The translations under genes were made by a program, and so were the position numbers. 45,749 nt of DNA from Acholeplasmataceae bacterium (lineage in GTDB: Bacteria; Bacillota_I; Bacilli_A; Acholeplasmatales; Acholeplasmataceae), in assembly GCA_023264085.1 (NCBI GenBank), contig JALQTF010000058.1, forward strand, positions 1 through 45,749. Direction: 5' to 3'. Of this stretch, positions 29,099 through 39,309 are shown piece after piece. Below the pieces are notes generated by a model. The model was not told where the DNA came from, made no database searches, and worked only from the letters and a program-made list of their open reading frames with translations. Every line of letters starts with the position of its first letter. Within the stretch, counting starts at the first letter, position 1.

Positions 29099-29687
29099 GA
29101 ATAATCAATTCTATTTCCTTTTCTAATGCTTGATAAAATGTTTCAAAGTTTAGTGTACTTGAAATGATATGAGATGTCTTCTTCATTTTAAGTGATTGAT
29201 CCATTTGCGAAGCAATTCTTGCTTCAGCTTGTTCTAATGTTAATCCTCTTTTTGTTAATCGATGCATTTGTATATCTTTCGGTACAGTGATTAAAATCAC
29301 TGCATCTAAATGCGTTTCGTAATGTGTTTCAAAAAGAAGCGGTATATCAATAATCACATGATGTGTTGATGCTTGGATGTGCTGTTCAATCGTTTCATAA
29401 ACTTTTGGATGAAGATATGCTTCAAGTGACTTTCGCATTGTTTCATCATTAAAAACATCTTGTTTAAATTGTTGTTGAATCACATTATCTTTGAGATCTA
29501 GATTAAATAATGCTGATAATTCTTGAATGATCTGGGGATCTTTCCATAGTTCATGCACGATTTCATCACTATCAATGATAGTAAATCCTTTAGCTTTTAA
29601 ATATGTTGTTGCTGTTGATTTACCACTTGCAATATTTCCTGTGATACCAATCTTAAGTTTATTTTTTTTGACAGGTTGGACAGACAT
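29085..29687 (-). CDS. coaE: Dephospho-CoA kinase
   Basis: P-loop IGITGNIASGKST. I start it at ATG 29687 (MSVQPV...), which is preceded by a strong GGAGGGAGAGG RBS. The longer ORF-track N-terminus (to 29741) lies inside mutM. Confidence 0.9.
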   Translation of the reverse strand: MSVQPVKKNKLKIGITGNIASGKSTATTYLKAKGFTIIDSDEIVHELWKDPQIIQELSALFNLDLKDNVIQQQFKQDVFNDETMRKSLEAYLHPKVYETIEQHIQASTHHVIIDIPLLFETHYETHLDAVILITVPKDIQMHRLTKRGLTLEQAEARIASQMDQSLKMKKTSHIISSTLNFETFYQALEKEIELIIHGNT

Positions 29688-30465
29688 AAGTCCCTCTCCC
29701 TCCAACTTTAATTTTAATGATAGGGGTGTGACATATCTCACATGGTATGTCTTTTTTTGTATGTACTTTTAATTCGTTTTGAAATTTGCCATCAACACCA
29801 TGTGTTGCGTGATAAGTTCTAATCGTTGAACCGCCAAGTTCTGTTGCATATGATAAGACATTAATCGCGTGATAAATAATATGATTCACATCTTTTTTCG
29901 TCAGTCGATGACATTTTTTCTCTGGATGTATCCCTGCTCTAAACAGCGTCTCATCAACATAAATATTTCCAAGACCTGCGATAAGGTGTTGATCTAACAA
30001 CGCCATTTTTACTGGAATGGTTTTTTGTTTTAAACGTTTATATAATGTTAGGGGATCCGTATCTTTTGGTTCTTTTCCTAACAAGGAAAGCGGGGGTACG
30101 TCTAAATAGATGTTTTTATCGATGAGTTCAAATTTACCAAACTTTCTCGTATCATGATATGTGAGTGATTCTTGTGTATTTAAATCAAAAACAACATGTT
30201 CATGATTGGAAGGTAAACGCTTTTGATGGAGATAATATTTCCCTTCCATTCTAAGGTGAGAAATCATAACGTGATGATCTAAAACAAACACCAAATATTT
30301 ACCATATCTTAAAATATCATGAATCCACTGACCTATAATTTTTTTTTCAAAATCTTGGGTAATGACACAGTTAGACCAGTACACATGAACATCTGTGATC
30401 ATTTTTCCTAAGACAAGTGTTTTTAATGTACGTCTGACTGTTTCAACTTCAGGTAGTTCTGGCAT
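29659..30465 (-). CDS. mutM: Formamidopyrimidine-DNA glycosylase (Fpg/MutM)
   Basis: 268 aa. Catalytic N-terminus MPELPEVE, H2TH region GLGNIYVDE, and C-terminal zinc finger CEIC...CPTC. Confidence 0.93.
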   Translation of the reverse strand: MPELPEVETVRRTLKTLVLGKMITDVHVYWSNCVITQDFEKKIIGQWIHDILRYGKYLVFVLDHHVMISHLRMEGKYYLHQKRLPSNHEHVVFDLNTQESLTYHDTRKFGKFELIDKNIYLDVPPLSLLGKEPKDTDPLTLYKRLKQKTIPVKMALLDQHLIAGLGNIYVDETLFRAGIHPEKKCHRLTKKDVNHIIYHAINVLSYATELGGSTIRTYHATHGVDGKFQNELKVHTKKDIPCEICHTPIIKIKVGGRGTYVCPTCQKK

Positions 30466-33074
30466 TATTTTACCTCATACCATGTATGTCCCGTATCCAT
30501 TGAAATTTCTAACGAGACGCGCATATTGATGGCTTCTTTCATCGCTTCTTCTACGAATTTAGAGACTTTGTCAAGTTCATCTTCATAAACGTTTAATATC
30601 AATTCATCATGTACTTGTAAGATGAGTGATGAACGCATATGATGATCATTTAATTTACGATGTAATTCTATCATCGCAAGTTTAATAATATCTGCTGCAG
30701 AACCTTGAATCGGTGCATTCATTGCTGTTCTTTCACCAAATGCACGTTGCATAAAGACAGATGACTGGAGTTCTGGTATGTAACGTCTTCTTTTTAAAAT
30801 TGTTTCTACATACCCATTTTCTTTTGCAAAAGTCACGGTGTCTTCCATATACGATTTGATTTCTGGATAAATAGTTAAATACGTATCAATAAATTGCTGT
30901 GCTTCTTTTTGAGAAACATGAATGTCATCTGCAAGACTCCAAGCTGAAATACCATAAATGATGCCAAAATTCACCGCTTTAGCCTGTCTTCTTTGTTCTT
31001 TAGATACTTCATTGACATGAAACACTTTTTTCGCCGTTTGTTCATGGATGTCTTCACCGTTATTAAACGATTCAATGAGTGCAGTCACATTCGCAATATG
31101 TGCTAAAACACGCAATTCAATTTGTGAGTAATCTGCACCTAATAAGGTAGCACCTTTAGATGCATGAAAGATTTGACGAATCAGTCGACCTTCTTCAGTC
31201 CGAATCGGAATATTTTGTAAATTAGGGTCTGTAGAAGATAAGCGACCTGTTGTGGTAAGTGCTTGCATATAAATTGTATGAATTTTACCATCTTCTAGGA
31301 TATATGGTCTTAACCCTTCAATATACGTTGAATATAATTTTGTCACACTACGATAATTTAAAATATGTTCAATAATAGGATGATGCTTCTTTAATTTTTC
31401 TAAGACATCGACATTTGTTGAATAGCCTGTTTTTGTTTTCTTACTTGCAGGTAATCCTAAATGCTCAAATAATACCTCTCCGAGTTGTTTTGGAGATGCG
31501 ATATTAAATGTCATACCTGCAAGCTCATATATATTAGATTCTAACAATTCAATTTTGTTTTTTAATGTCTCACCCATTTGATTGAGCGTTTCGATATTGG
31601 CATCAATACCAGAAAATTCCATATCACCTAAAACAAAGGATAATGGCAGTTCTACATCATATAACAAGTGATATTGATTTTTATCTTGAAGCAGTTGGTC
31701 TTGTGTATCTTTTAAATCAATAATTGCTTTTGCTTTAGAGACGATATGTTGATGATGAGATAAATCTTCAGGAAGTCCTCGTTTGACTCCCTTACCATAA
31801 ATATCTTCTTCATACGCAACACCAACATAATCAAATGCTGATACAACACGGTTAAATTCTTCTTTACCTAAATGCGCGTTAATGATATAACTTGACAGTA
31901 ATAAATCAAATGTGATGCCTTTTAAATGAATCTTACGCCACTTAAAGAAGACATACATTGCTTTTGCATCATACACATATTTTGTGGTAGATGCATCTTC
32001 TAAAAATGTTTTGAATACAGATGAGGTCAATGCATATTCTGGATCTATATATAAATATGTCTCATCGAATGCAAGACCAATTCCCCAAAGGGATGCTTGG
32101 TGATAATTTGAGTCAGATAGTTCTACATGCATGGCACATACTTTTATGTCATAAGACTCAAAAGATGCATCATCATGAATGTTAACACATGTGAATGTTG
32201 TTGCTTTAGGTTCTTGAACGACTTTTTTAGCAAGCATATGAAGTTCATAGCGCTGTAGAAATTTAACTCTTTGATCTTGGTCAAGTGGTTTTCTAACGAT
32301 ATCTTTTACATCTAAATCAAGTTCCGCTTGTGTGTCAATGGTGACAAGCATTTTAGATAACAATGCAGAGTCTTTACCAGCTTTAATTTTTTCTGATAGT
32401 TTTCCCCCGATGTCATCTGCATGATTTAATACATTTTCTAATGTTTGATACGTTTTTAAAAGTTTAATCGCAGTTTTCTCACCAACACCAGGAATGCCTG
32501 GAATATTATCTGAAGGATCTCCCATAAGCCCTTTTAAATCAATCATTTGTTGATGAGAAAGCTCATAGGTCTCTAAGATTTTTTTTGGTGTATAATCATG
32601 CACTTCTTTCATCCCTTTTTTTAATAGATGAACCGTTACATGATCTGAAACAAGTTGAAGTAAATCTCGATCTGATGAATAAATATGCACATCATAACCT
32701 TCAAGTTTAGACAATGTACCAATGATATCATCTGCTTCATATCCAGCTTGTCTGTAATGTGTGATCCCCATCACATCTAAATAGTCGTTAATGATACTGA
32801 GTTGACTTGCAAGTTCTTCTGGCATTTTTGCACGACCAGCTTTATAGTCATCATACACAAGATGTCTTTTTGTTTTTTCTTTTGTGTCAAATGCAACTAA
32901 AATCATATCATCTTGATCTGTGACAATTTGTTCAAACATATTAATAAAAGCAAAAAGTGCATTCGTATATTCACCTTTAGACGTTTGCATCAAGGTTGCC
33001 CCTGGATACGCCGTTGCAAAGTATGCTCTAAAGACGATTGAATTTCCATCTACTAGGATTAGTTTTTTATTCAT
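30465..33074 (-). CDS. polA: DNA polymerase I
   Basis: 5'-nuclease domain (LILVDGNS, GIPGVGEKTA). Polymerase motifs A DYSQIELRVLAH, B RRQAKAVNFGIIYG and C QVHDEL. The ORF-track start at 33080 is GTG. The ATG two codons downstream (33074) is chosen, but either is possible. Confidence 0.96.
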   Translation of the reverse strand: MNKKLILVDGNSIVFRAYFATAYPGATLMQTSKGEYTNALFAFINMFEQIVTDQDDMILVAFDTKEKTKRHLVYDDYKAGRAKMPEELASQLSIINDYLDVMGITHYRQAGYEADDIIGTLSKLEGYDVHIYSSDRDLLQLVSDHVTVHLLKKGMKEVHDYTPKKILETYELSHQQMIDLKGLMGDPSDNIPGIPGVGEKTAIKLLKTYQTLENVLNHADDIGGKLSEKIKAGKDSALLSKMLVTIDTQAELDLDVKDIVRKPLDQDQRVKFLQRYELHMLAKKVVQEPKATTFTCVNIHDDASFESYDIKVCAMHVELSDSNYHQASLWGIGLAFDETYLYIDPEYALTSSVFKTFLEDASTTKYVYDAKAMYVFFKWRKIHLKGITFDLLLSSYIINAHLGKEEFNRVVSAFDYVGVAYEEDIYGKGVKRGLPEDLSHHQHIVSKAKAIIDLKDTQDQLLQDKNQYHLLYDVELPLSFVLGDMEFSGIDANIETLNQMGETLKNKIELLESNIYELAGMTFNIASPKQLGEVLFEHLGLPASKKTKTGYSTNVDVLEKLKKHHPIIEHILNYRSVTKLYSTYIEGLRPYILEDGKIHTIYMQALTTTGRLSSTDPNLQNIPIRTEEGRLIRQIFHASKGATLLGADYSQIELRVLAHIANVTALIESFNNGEDIHEQTAKKVFHVNEVSKEQRRQAKAVNFGIIYGISAWSLADDIHVSQKEAQQFIDTYLTIYPEIKSYMEDTVTFAKENGYVETILKRRRYIPELQSSVFMQRAFGERTAMNAPIQGSAADIIKLAMIELHRKLNDHHMRSSLILQVHDELILNVYEDELDKVSKFVEEAMKEAINMRVSLEISMDTGHTWYEVK

Positions 33075-33093
33075 AAACACCTACTCATTTAAA

Positions 33094-33102
33094 ATTTTAA
33101 CA
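33094..33102 (-). promoter_or_regulatory. Extended -10 promoter element upstream of polA
   Basis: Minus strand TGTTAAAAT, about 20 nt upstream of the polA start. Confidence 0.35.
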
Positions 33103-33157
33103 TATCTTTCATCACTGTTTTTCCACGACTTATGTGGATAACTCCAAAAAATAAAAG

Positions 33158-34543
33158 TCAATATTTAAATCGACCTTTATGTTTGCCTTTACCTTTTTTT
33201 ATTTTACTTGGTTGGAACTGATTTGGATTCATATTTGATATGTTTGAAGGATCCATTGACATCATTTGTTTCATCATCTTTTTTTGATTGTTAAATGCAT
33301 CTCTTAAACGATTGACAGCAGCCACTGAAAGCCCGCTCCCTTTTGCGATACGTTCTCTTCTTTTAGAGGATTGATCAATTAATAATGGATCTTTTCTTTC
33401 TTTTAATGTCATCGAATCAATAAGCACTGACATTTCTTTTAAAGGTTTATCATCGATATTTGAAGCTTGTTTAGATAGTCCAGGAATAAGTCCCATGACT
33501 TTTTGAATGGATCCCATACGCTTAATCATTTTAAATTGTTTTTTTAAATCATTATAGTTAAACGTATTGTTTTGAATTTTTGACATTAAGTCTTTAGCAT
33601 CATCTTCTGATATTGCTTCTGATGCTTTTTCAACAAGACTCATCATATCACCCATGCCTAAAATACGTGATGCCATGCGATCAGGATGAAAGATTTCTAA
33701 TGTTTCAATTTTTTCGCCAGTGGCTTGATATTTAATCGGAATGGATGCAACACTTGAAATCGAAAGTGCGGCACCACCTCTTGTATCACCATCTAATTTG
33801 GTAATAATCGCTCCGGTGGCTTGAATATGATCATGAAAGTTTTTCGCAGTGATGGCTGCATCTTGACCCGTCATCGCATCTACAGTCAGTAATATTTCTG
33901 TTGGAGATGCAATTGATTTAATCATTTTTAACTCATCTAATAATGCTGTATCGATGGAAAGACGTCCCGCGGTATCGATTAATACAACATCATACTGGTG
34001 ATCTTTTGCATATGCTAATGCTTCTTTAACAATGACAGATACATCGATCTGACCTTTTTCAAAAACATCTACTTGAATACTTTGACCTAAAACTTTTAGT
34101 TGATCAATCGCTGCAGGACGATAAATGTCTGCAGCAACTAATAATACTTTTTTGTTTTCAGATGCTTTGATTGTTTTTGCAAGTTTTGCGATCGATGTTG
34201 TTTTACCTGAACCTTGTAATCCAATGAGCATCATGACAGTAAGTCCAGATGGTTGATAGGATATATAAGAAGTCTTTTCACCAAGGATACTCACTAATGT
34301 ATCATTGACAACTTTTGCAACTTGTTGACCAGGATTTAATCCTTTGATAATTTTCTCGCCAAGTGCGTTTTCTTTTACTTGATCTGTAAAGGATTTAATG
34401 ACACTTAAATGCACATCTGCTTCTAACAGTGCGCGTCTAATTTCTTTTAATGTACTTGTAATATCCTCTTCATTTAAATAACCTTTTCCTGATAATCTTC
34501 TCAAGGCCATTTGTAAACGAGAACTCAATGTTGTTTCAAACAT
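33158..34543 (-). CDS. ffh: Signal recognition particle protein Ffh
   Basis: 461 aa. NG domain GLQGSGKTT / DTAGR / TKLDGD, followed by a Met-rich M domain and a basic tail. Confidence 0.97.
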   Translation of the reverse strand: MFETTLSSRLQMALRRLSGKGYLNEEDITSTLKEIRRALLEADVHLSVIKSFTDQVKENALGEKIIKGLNPGQQVAKVVNDTLVSILGEKTSYISYQPSGLTVMMLIGLQGSGKTTSIAKLAKTIKASENKKVLLVAADIYRPAAIDQLKVLGQSIQVDVFEKGQIDVSVIVKEALAYAKDHQYDVVLIDTAGRLSIDTALLDELKMIKSIASPTEILLTVDAMTGQDAAITAKNFHDHIQATGAIITKLDGDTRGGAALSISSVASIPIKYQATGEKIETLEIFHPDRMASRILGMGDMMSLVEKASEAISEDDAKDLMSKIQNNTFNYNDLKKQFKMIKRMGSIQKVMGLIPGLSKQASNIDDKPLKEMSVLIDSMTLKERKDPLLIDQSSKRRERIAKGSGLSVAAVNRLRDAFNNQKKMMKQMMSMDPSNISNMNPNQFQPSKIKKGKGKHKGRFKY

Positions 34544-34854
34544 TATTCATCCATCTCTTTGAGTGTTTTTATTAGAGTGTGATCCTTTGTTTGTTCAAAT
34601 GATTCAATTAAAGAAAGGCGTTTTTGAGCTTTTTCATGTAACTTAAGCTTATGTTCATACGCCATTAGATGATCTTCTATTTTATGAATAGCATCATGAA
34701 TGGCACTTCTAGATACATGATACGCTTCAGCGATTTCTTTTAAACTAAAATCATCTAAAAAATACGCCTTAAAATATTGTTGCTGCGTCTCAGTGAATAA
34801 AGATTCATATTGTAGAAATAACGAAATAATAAGATGTTTCTTTTCTAAGTCCAT
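34543..34854 (-). CDS. ylxM: YlxM/UPF0122 putative HTH protein of the SRP operon
   Basis: Located between ftsY and ffh, as in Bacillus. MDLEKKHLIISLFLQYESLFT aligns with the YlxM N-terminus. Start taken at ATG 34854 (GGGG 7 nt upstream) rather than the ORF-track 34866. Confidence 0.85.
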   Translation of the reverse strand: MDLEKKHLIISLFLQYESLFTETQQQYFKAYFLDDFSLKEIAEAYHVSRSAIHDAIHKIEDHLMAYEHKLKLHEKAQKRLSLIESFEQTKDHTLIKTLKEMDE

Positions 34855-34855
34855 G

Positions 34856-35779
34856 TTAAACCCCATGATCTATGAGTTGCTGCATAAATGCTTCTTTATC
34901 AAATAATGCTAAATCATCAATCCCCTCACCTATACCAATATATGCAATAGGTACTTTAAGCAACGAGACAATTGGTAAGACGATGCCACCTTTTGAGGTA
35001 CCATCTAATTTTGTAATCACTAGATCTGTGACTTCGGTAGCTTCATGAAAAAGTTTCGCTTGAGAAACGCCATTTTGACCAGTGGTAGCATCTAAAACTA
35101 AATACGTGCGTATATCAATCGTTCCGTATGCTTTAGGAATCATTTGTCTCATTTTGGTCAATTCAGCCATTAAATGTTGTTTGTTTTGAAGTCTACCAGC
35201 AGTATCAATCAATATGACATCGACATCTTTTTCTTTGGCAAGTTTTAATCCATCAAAAATAACTGAGCTTGGATCTTTGGATGGATTCGTATAAAATAGG
35301 ACATCACTTTTTTCAGCCCAAACTCTTAATTGATCAATGGCTGCTGCTCTAAATGTATCTGCAGCAATAATCATCACTTTTTGATCTTTACTTTTTTGAT
35401 GTGCAAGTTTTCCAATAGTGGTTGTTTTTCCAACGCCATTCACACCAACGACAAATATCACGTGTTTATGTGGAAGATTTGCGGCATCCATGAATAGTGT
35501 ATCAACATATTGATACACAACATCTAGTAACGATTCATAATCACATATGGGTGTTTTTTTATTGTTCTCTATTAAGTACTCAATCATATCTGTAGATGTA
35601 TCTATTCCGACGTCTGAGAGTAACAATGCATCTTCTAATGCCTCTAAAACATCTTGATGTAAGATGTGATGTTTATCCATTGCCTCTTTAACAGAAAACA
35701 ATGATACATGCGACCTATTGAGTGCTTTTTCGTATGAAATTTTAGGTTTTTTAGAAAATAAGTTTTTAAAAAATCCCAT
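34856..35779 (-). CDS. ftsY: Signal recognition particle receptor FtsY
   Basis: 307 aa. GVNGVGKTTT / DTAGR / TKLDGTSKGG motifs. Short form with no acidic A-domain. Confidence 0.95.
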   Translation of the reverse strand: MGFFKNLFSKKPKISYEKALNRSHVSLFSVKEAMDKHHILHQDVLEALEDALLLSDVGIDTSTDMIEYLIENNKKTPICDYESLLDVVYQYVDTLFMDAANLPHKHVIFVVGVNGVGKTTTIGKLAHQKSKDQKVMIIAADTFRAAAIDQLRVWAEKSDVLFYTNPSKDPSSVIFDGLKLAKEKDVDVILIDTAGRLQNKQHLMAELTKMRQMIPKAYGTIDIRTYLVLDATTGQNGVSQAKLFHEATEVTDLVITKLDGTSKGGIVLPIVSLLKVPIAYIGIGEGIDDLALFDKEAFMQQLIDHGV

Positions 35780-35796
35780 GCTTGCTCCTGCATTTT

Positions 35797-35805
35797 ATTA
35801 TACCA
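35797..35805 (-). promoter_or_regulatory. Extended -10 promoter element upstream of ftsY
   Basis: Minus strand TGGTATAAT, 17 nt before the ftsY ATG. The RBS is GCAGGAG. Confidence 0.4.
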
Positions 35806-35850
35806 TAAAGAAAAAGACTTCTTCACCTTATAAAAGGTGTCGTCGTCTTT
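35806..35850 (-). terminator. Terminator-like hairpin after topA, upstream of ftsY
   Basis: Minus strand AAGAC-gacga-CACCTT-ttat-AAGGTG-aagaa-GTCTT followed by TTTTCTTT. It has a 5x5 internal loop. A second, AU-only hairpin (TCTAAAA-gtaaa-TTTTAGA) lies about 35 nt upstream. Confidence 0.45.
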
Positions 35851-35933
35851 CATCTTTTAGGGAAAAAGGGTCTAAAATTTACTTTTAGAACTTCATGATA
35901 TCAAAATTAAACTCCTTTGTAAAGAGGGTCAAC

Positions 35934-37760
35934 TTATGAATCACTTGGTACTTCATCTTTTTTAATATAGCGACATTTCGGAAAACCACTACATGCAATA
36001 AATTCGCCATATTTAGATTTTCGAATGACAAGTTGACTACCACATTCAGGACATGTTTCTTCTAACATCACTGGTTGGATTTTTTTCATATTGACTTTAG
36101 CATTATCTAACATTGGGATAAACATCTCATAAAATGTTTTTAAAATATTCAGTTTATCATGATTGCCTTCAGAAACTTTGTCTAAGTTTGCTTCCATTTC
36201 TGCGGTATAGTCAATATTTATAATATCTTTAAAAAACTTATCTAATTCATCAGAAGTTAATATCCCTTGTTCTGTTGGTTGAAGATTTTTCTCTTTCGTG
36301 ACATACCCTCTGTCAATCAGTGTTTTTATAATTGATGCATATGTAGATGGTCTTCCAATACCGAGTTCATCAAGTTTTTTGATCATGCTTGCTTCGTTAT
36401 ATCTTGGTTTTGGTTGGGTTTGTTTTTCAATAGAAACTACATCATCCATCGTGATTGTATCACCTTGATGAAATTTTGGTAGAAGGATATCTTTATTTTT
36501 TGATTCTTCATATACTTTTAAAAAACCATCAAATAGTAATCGTACACCTTTCATATTAAAATCGTGATGATTTGAAGTAAAGGTTACTTTCGTGTGTTCT
36601 AAAATTGCTGGGGCCATGAGAGATGCAAGTGTTCTACCATAAATTCTTGCATAGAGTTTTAAAGCATCATCAAATAATTTTTCATCTTTTATAGAAGTCT
36701 TGTCCACATTTGCTTTTACATACTCTGGTGTATACACCACATTTGTTGGACGAATTCCTTCATGAGCATCCTGAGCATTTTGATCTTTTGTTGTTTGGTA
36801 TTTACCTAAATATTGAGGACCATAATTTTGTTGGATATACGACATTGCATCATCAACAAATTCATTTGAAAGTCTTGTAACATCTGTCCTCATATACGTG
36901 ATGAGTCCTGTTGTTTCACCTTTCATTTCGATACCTTCATATAAAAATTGTGCAAGCATCATTGTGCGTGTAGATGAATATCCTAAATAATTGTAGGCAT
37001 CTCTTTGTAATGTGGAAGTTTTAAACGCTTCTTTTGAGTGTCTCGGTTTTTCGTTCACTTCCAATTTTGAAATCGTAAAAGGATTGGTTGCTTCTTTTAA
37101 GATGGCATCAGAGGATGCTTTATCAAATTGATCTTTATTTTTACTATACTCAGCTTTCATTCCTTGATACGTTGCTTCTAAATCAAAATACGTCTTTGGA
37201 ACAAACGCTTGAATTTCTTTTTCTAAATCCACGATCAGTTTTAATGCAACACTTTGTACACGACCCGCAGATTTCGATTTAATTTTACTTTGTAGTAATG
37301 TTGATAATTTAAATCCGATAATTCGGTCTAACATACGTCTTGTTTCTTGAGACGATACAAGGCCGGTATCGATTTTTCTAGGCTTTTTAACAGCTTCTAA
37401 TATTTTTTGCTTTGTAATTTCAGAAAATACCACACGATTCTCTTGTTGAATATCTAAATTTAGAACTTGTGCGATATGCCAGGCAATGGCTTCACCTTCT
37501 CTATCTTGGTCGGTTGCAATAAGAACATCTCTAGATTTAGCTTGTTTTTTTAAGTCGTTAATAAGTGTTTGTTTTCCTCTAATTACTTGATAGGTTGGTT
37601 CAAAATCAGCATCAACATCAATGCCTAAACCACCTTTACCAGAGGTCGCTAAATCACGTATATGACCTTTAGATGAAACAACAGTATGTCCTTCACCTAA
37701 ATACGATTGTATCGCTTTTGCTTTTGATGGAGATTCTACAATAATCAATTTTTCTTTCAT
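35934..37760 (-). CDS. topA: DNA topoisomerase I
   Basis: 608 aa. TOPRIM KLIIVESPSKAK, DQDREGE, active-site Tyr region ITYMRTD, and a single C-terminal Zn ribbon CPECG...CSGFPKC. Confidence 0.96.
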   Translation of the reverse strand: MKEKLIIVESPSKAKAIQSYLGEGHTVVSSKGHIRDLATSGKGGLGIDVDADFEPTYQVIRGKQTLINDLKKQAKSRDVLIATDQDREGEAIAWHIAQVLNLDIQQENRVVFSEITKQKILEAVKKPRKIDTGLVSSQETRRMLDRIIGFKLSTLLQSKIKSKSAGRVQSVALKLIVDLEKEIQAFVPKTYFDLEATYQGMKAEYSKNKDQFDKASSDAILKEATNPFTISKLEVNEKPRHSKEAFKTSTLQRDAYNYLGYSSTRTMMLAQFLYEGIEMKGETTGLITYMRTDVTRLSNEFVDDAMSYIQQNYGPQYLGKYQTTKDQNAQDAHEGIRPTNVVYTPEYVKANVDKTSIKDEKLFDDALKLYARIYGRTLASLMAPAILEHTKVTFTSNHHDFNMKGVRLLFDGFLKVYEESKNKDILLPKFHQGDTITMDDVVSIEKQTQPKPRYNEASMIKKLDELGIGRPSTYASIIKTLIDRGYVTKEKNLQPTEQGILTSDELDKFFKDIINIDYTAEMEANLDKVSEGNHDKLNILKTFYEMFIPMLDNAKVNMKKIQPVMLEETCPECGSQLVIRKSKYGEFIACSGFPKCRYIKKDEVPSDS

Positions 37761-37777
37761 ACGTCCTCCGCCTTTAC

Positions 37778-37806
37778 ATCATATAAATAAAAAAGTTTGA
37801 TGTCAA
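37778..37806 (-). promoter_or_regulatory. Sigma-A type promoter of topA
   Basis: Minus strand TTGACA - 17 nt - TATGAT, about 18 nt upstream of the topA GGCGGAGGA RBS and ATG. Confidence 0.6.
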
Positions 37807-37826
37807 GTAAAAATGACAAGAAACTT
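37785..37826 (-). terminator. Rho-independent terminator after rnhB (overlaps the topA promoter -35)
   Basis: Minus strand AAGTTT-ct-TGTCA-loop-TGACA-tc-AAACTT followed by TTTTATTT. Confidence 0.55.
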
Positions 37827-37850
37827 TTTATATATTATAAATATATATTT

Positions 37851-38468
37851 TTATGTGTTTTGCTTCTTAAATTTTAGAATCGCATCTTTCACTGGTTGAA
37901 AACTTTTTCTATGAATGGGTGTAGGACCATATGTCATCAAAGATTCAACATGTTTTTTGGTTGGATACCCTTTGTGTTGATCAAATCCGTAATTAGGAAA
38001 TAACGTATGCATGTTTATCATGTAGGCATCTCGTGTTGTTTTTGCAACAATGGATGCTGCAGCAATAGAGATGGATTGTTGATCGCCTTTGATAATAGAC
38101 TCAAGATTTTTATATTCTGGTATCGGCATCGCATCTGTAAGAATAAAATCAGGTTGAATGTCTAATCCTTCAATAGCGGCAACCATCGCTTCTTTTGTTG
38201 CTCTATATATATTGATTCGATCGATATCTTCAACAGATCCAAAGACAACTTTAATCGCAAGTGCATGACGCTTAACTTCCTCAAGAGCAATCATGAGTTG
38301 TTTTTCAGATAGTTGTTTAGAATCATTGACATGATTTAAGATGACACCTGGTTTTAAAATGACTGCTGCTGCAACCACTGGTCCAGCAAGCGGTCCTCTT
38401 CCTGCCTCATCAACACCACATATATGTGTTTTCCCCATTTGAATGAGCTTATTTTCATATTCATACAT
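37851..38468 (-). CDS. rnhB: Ribonuclease HII
   Basis: Catalytic GVDEAGRGPLAGPV motif. Start chosen at ATG 38468 (MYEYENK...), which overlaps the rbgA stop as ATGTATGA. The ORF-track start at 38495 is a TTG with no RBS. The start is uncertain. Confidence 0.88.
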   Translation of the reverse strand: MYEYENKLIQMGKTHICGVDEAGRGPLAGPVVAAAVILKPGVILNHVNDSKQLSEKQLMIALEEVKRHALAIKVVFGSVEDIDRINIYRATKEAMVAAIEGLDIQPDFILTDAMPIPEYKNLESIIKGDQQSISIAAASIVAKTTRDAYMINMHTLFPNYGFDQHKGYPTKKHVESLMTYGPTPIHRKSFQPVKDAILKFKKQNT

Positions 38469-39309
38469 CGAGGATGTCAAACGTGAGACCTCCAAGTTTA
38501 TAATTTCTTAGATCTGTTAAAAATGCATGATACACTCTATCTTCATCAATCATGCCACCTTTTAAAAGTGCGCCTCTTTTTACAGCAATTTTATGAACTG
38601 CATGCTCTATATCATCAATATCATATCTTGATTTTAAAACGTCTTGATAATTCGTATGAAGAAATGTAATGCCATAATGAACAACTTCTTCTAATGGTAA
38701 TATTTTATCTTTAATTGCACCAGTAAGTGCTAAATTTAATGCAACAATATCATCTTCGAATTTTGGCCATAAGACTCCTGGTGAATCTAAAAGCTCAATT
38801 TTAGGATGAATTCTTACCCATTGAAGTTGTTTTGTAACGCCTGGTGTATTCCCTGTTTTAGTTGCCTTTCTTTTGGTTAATGCGTTAATAAATGTCGATT
38901 TCCCAACATTTGGAATACCAGTGATTAACACTTTATATATTTTATCTTTTAATCCCTTTTCGTGTCGTTTTTCTTGAAGAGGTGACATCAGCTGATCTAA
39001 TGCCTTCATCACTTTTGATGGCATTTTAGCATCTAAAGATGACACATGAATCGCAGCATTACCTTGTTTAATGAAGTGATTGATAAATGTTTGTGTTTTA
39101 GCATGATCAGCTAAATCTGCCTTATTTAATATATATAATATTTTCTTTTTAGAAATGACATCTAATAACTGTGGATTTAATGAAGATAATGGAATTCTCG
39201 CATCTAATAAGACAATCACAATATCGACAAGTGATAGTGATGCTCGGAGTTCTTTCATTGTCTTAAACATGTGACCAGGATACCATTGAATATTTTGATA
39301 TTTACTCAT
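38461..39309 (-). CDS. rbgA: Ribosome biogenesis GTPase A (YlqF/RbgA)
   Basis: Circularly permuted GTPase with G4 NKADL ahead of G1 GIPNVGKST and G3 DSPGVLWP. N-terminus IQWYPGHM. Start at ATG 39309 behind a GGAGG RBS. The ORF-track extension to 39357 lies inside lepB. Confidence 0.9.
   Translation of the reverse strand: MSKYQNIQWYPGHMFKTMKELRASLSLVDIVIVLLDARIPLSSLNPQLLDVISKKKILYILNKADLADHAKTQTFINHFIKQGNAAIHVSSLDAKMPSKVMKALDQLMSPLQEKRHEKGLKDKIYKVLITGIPNVGKSTFINALTKRKATKTGNTPGVTKQLQWVRIHPKIELLDSPGVLWPKFEDDIVALNLALTGAIKDKILPLEEVVHYGITFLHTNYQDVLKSRYDIDDIEHAVHKIAVKRGALLKGGMIDEDRVYHAFLTDLRNYKLGGLTFDILDV

Noticed and set aside
29661-29669. A8/T8 homopolymer tract in the mutM/coaE overlap (and similar 8-mers at 6593-6600 and 43259-43266) as phase-variation switches
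   Set aside because: The tracts are short, encode ordinary Lys-rich segments in essential or housekeeping genes, and such runs are expected by chance at this A+T content.
35780-35933. The largest non-coding stretch (154 nt, topA-ftsY) as a possible sRNA or small ORF
   Set aside because: It is adequately explained by two terminator-like hairpins after topA and a TGGTATAAT promoter for ftsY. The 69-aa ORF starting here continues out of frame into ftsY. Only transcript mapping could reveal an sRNA.
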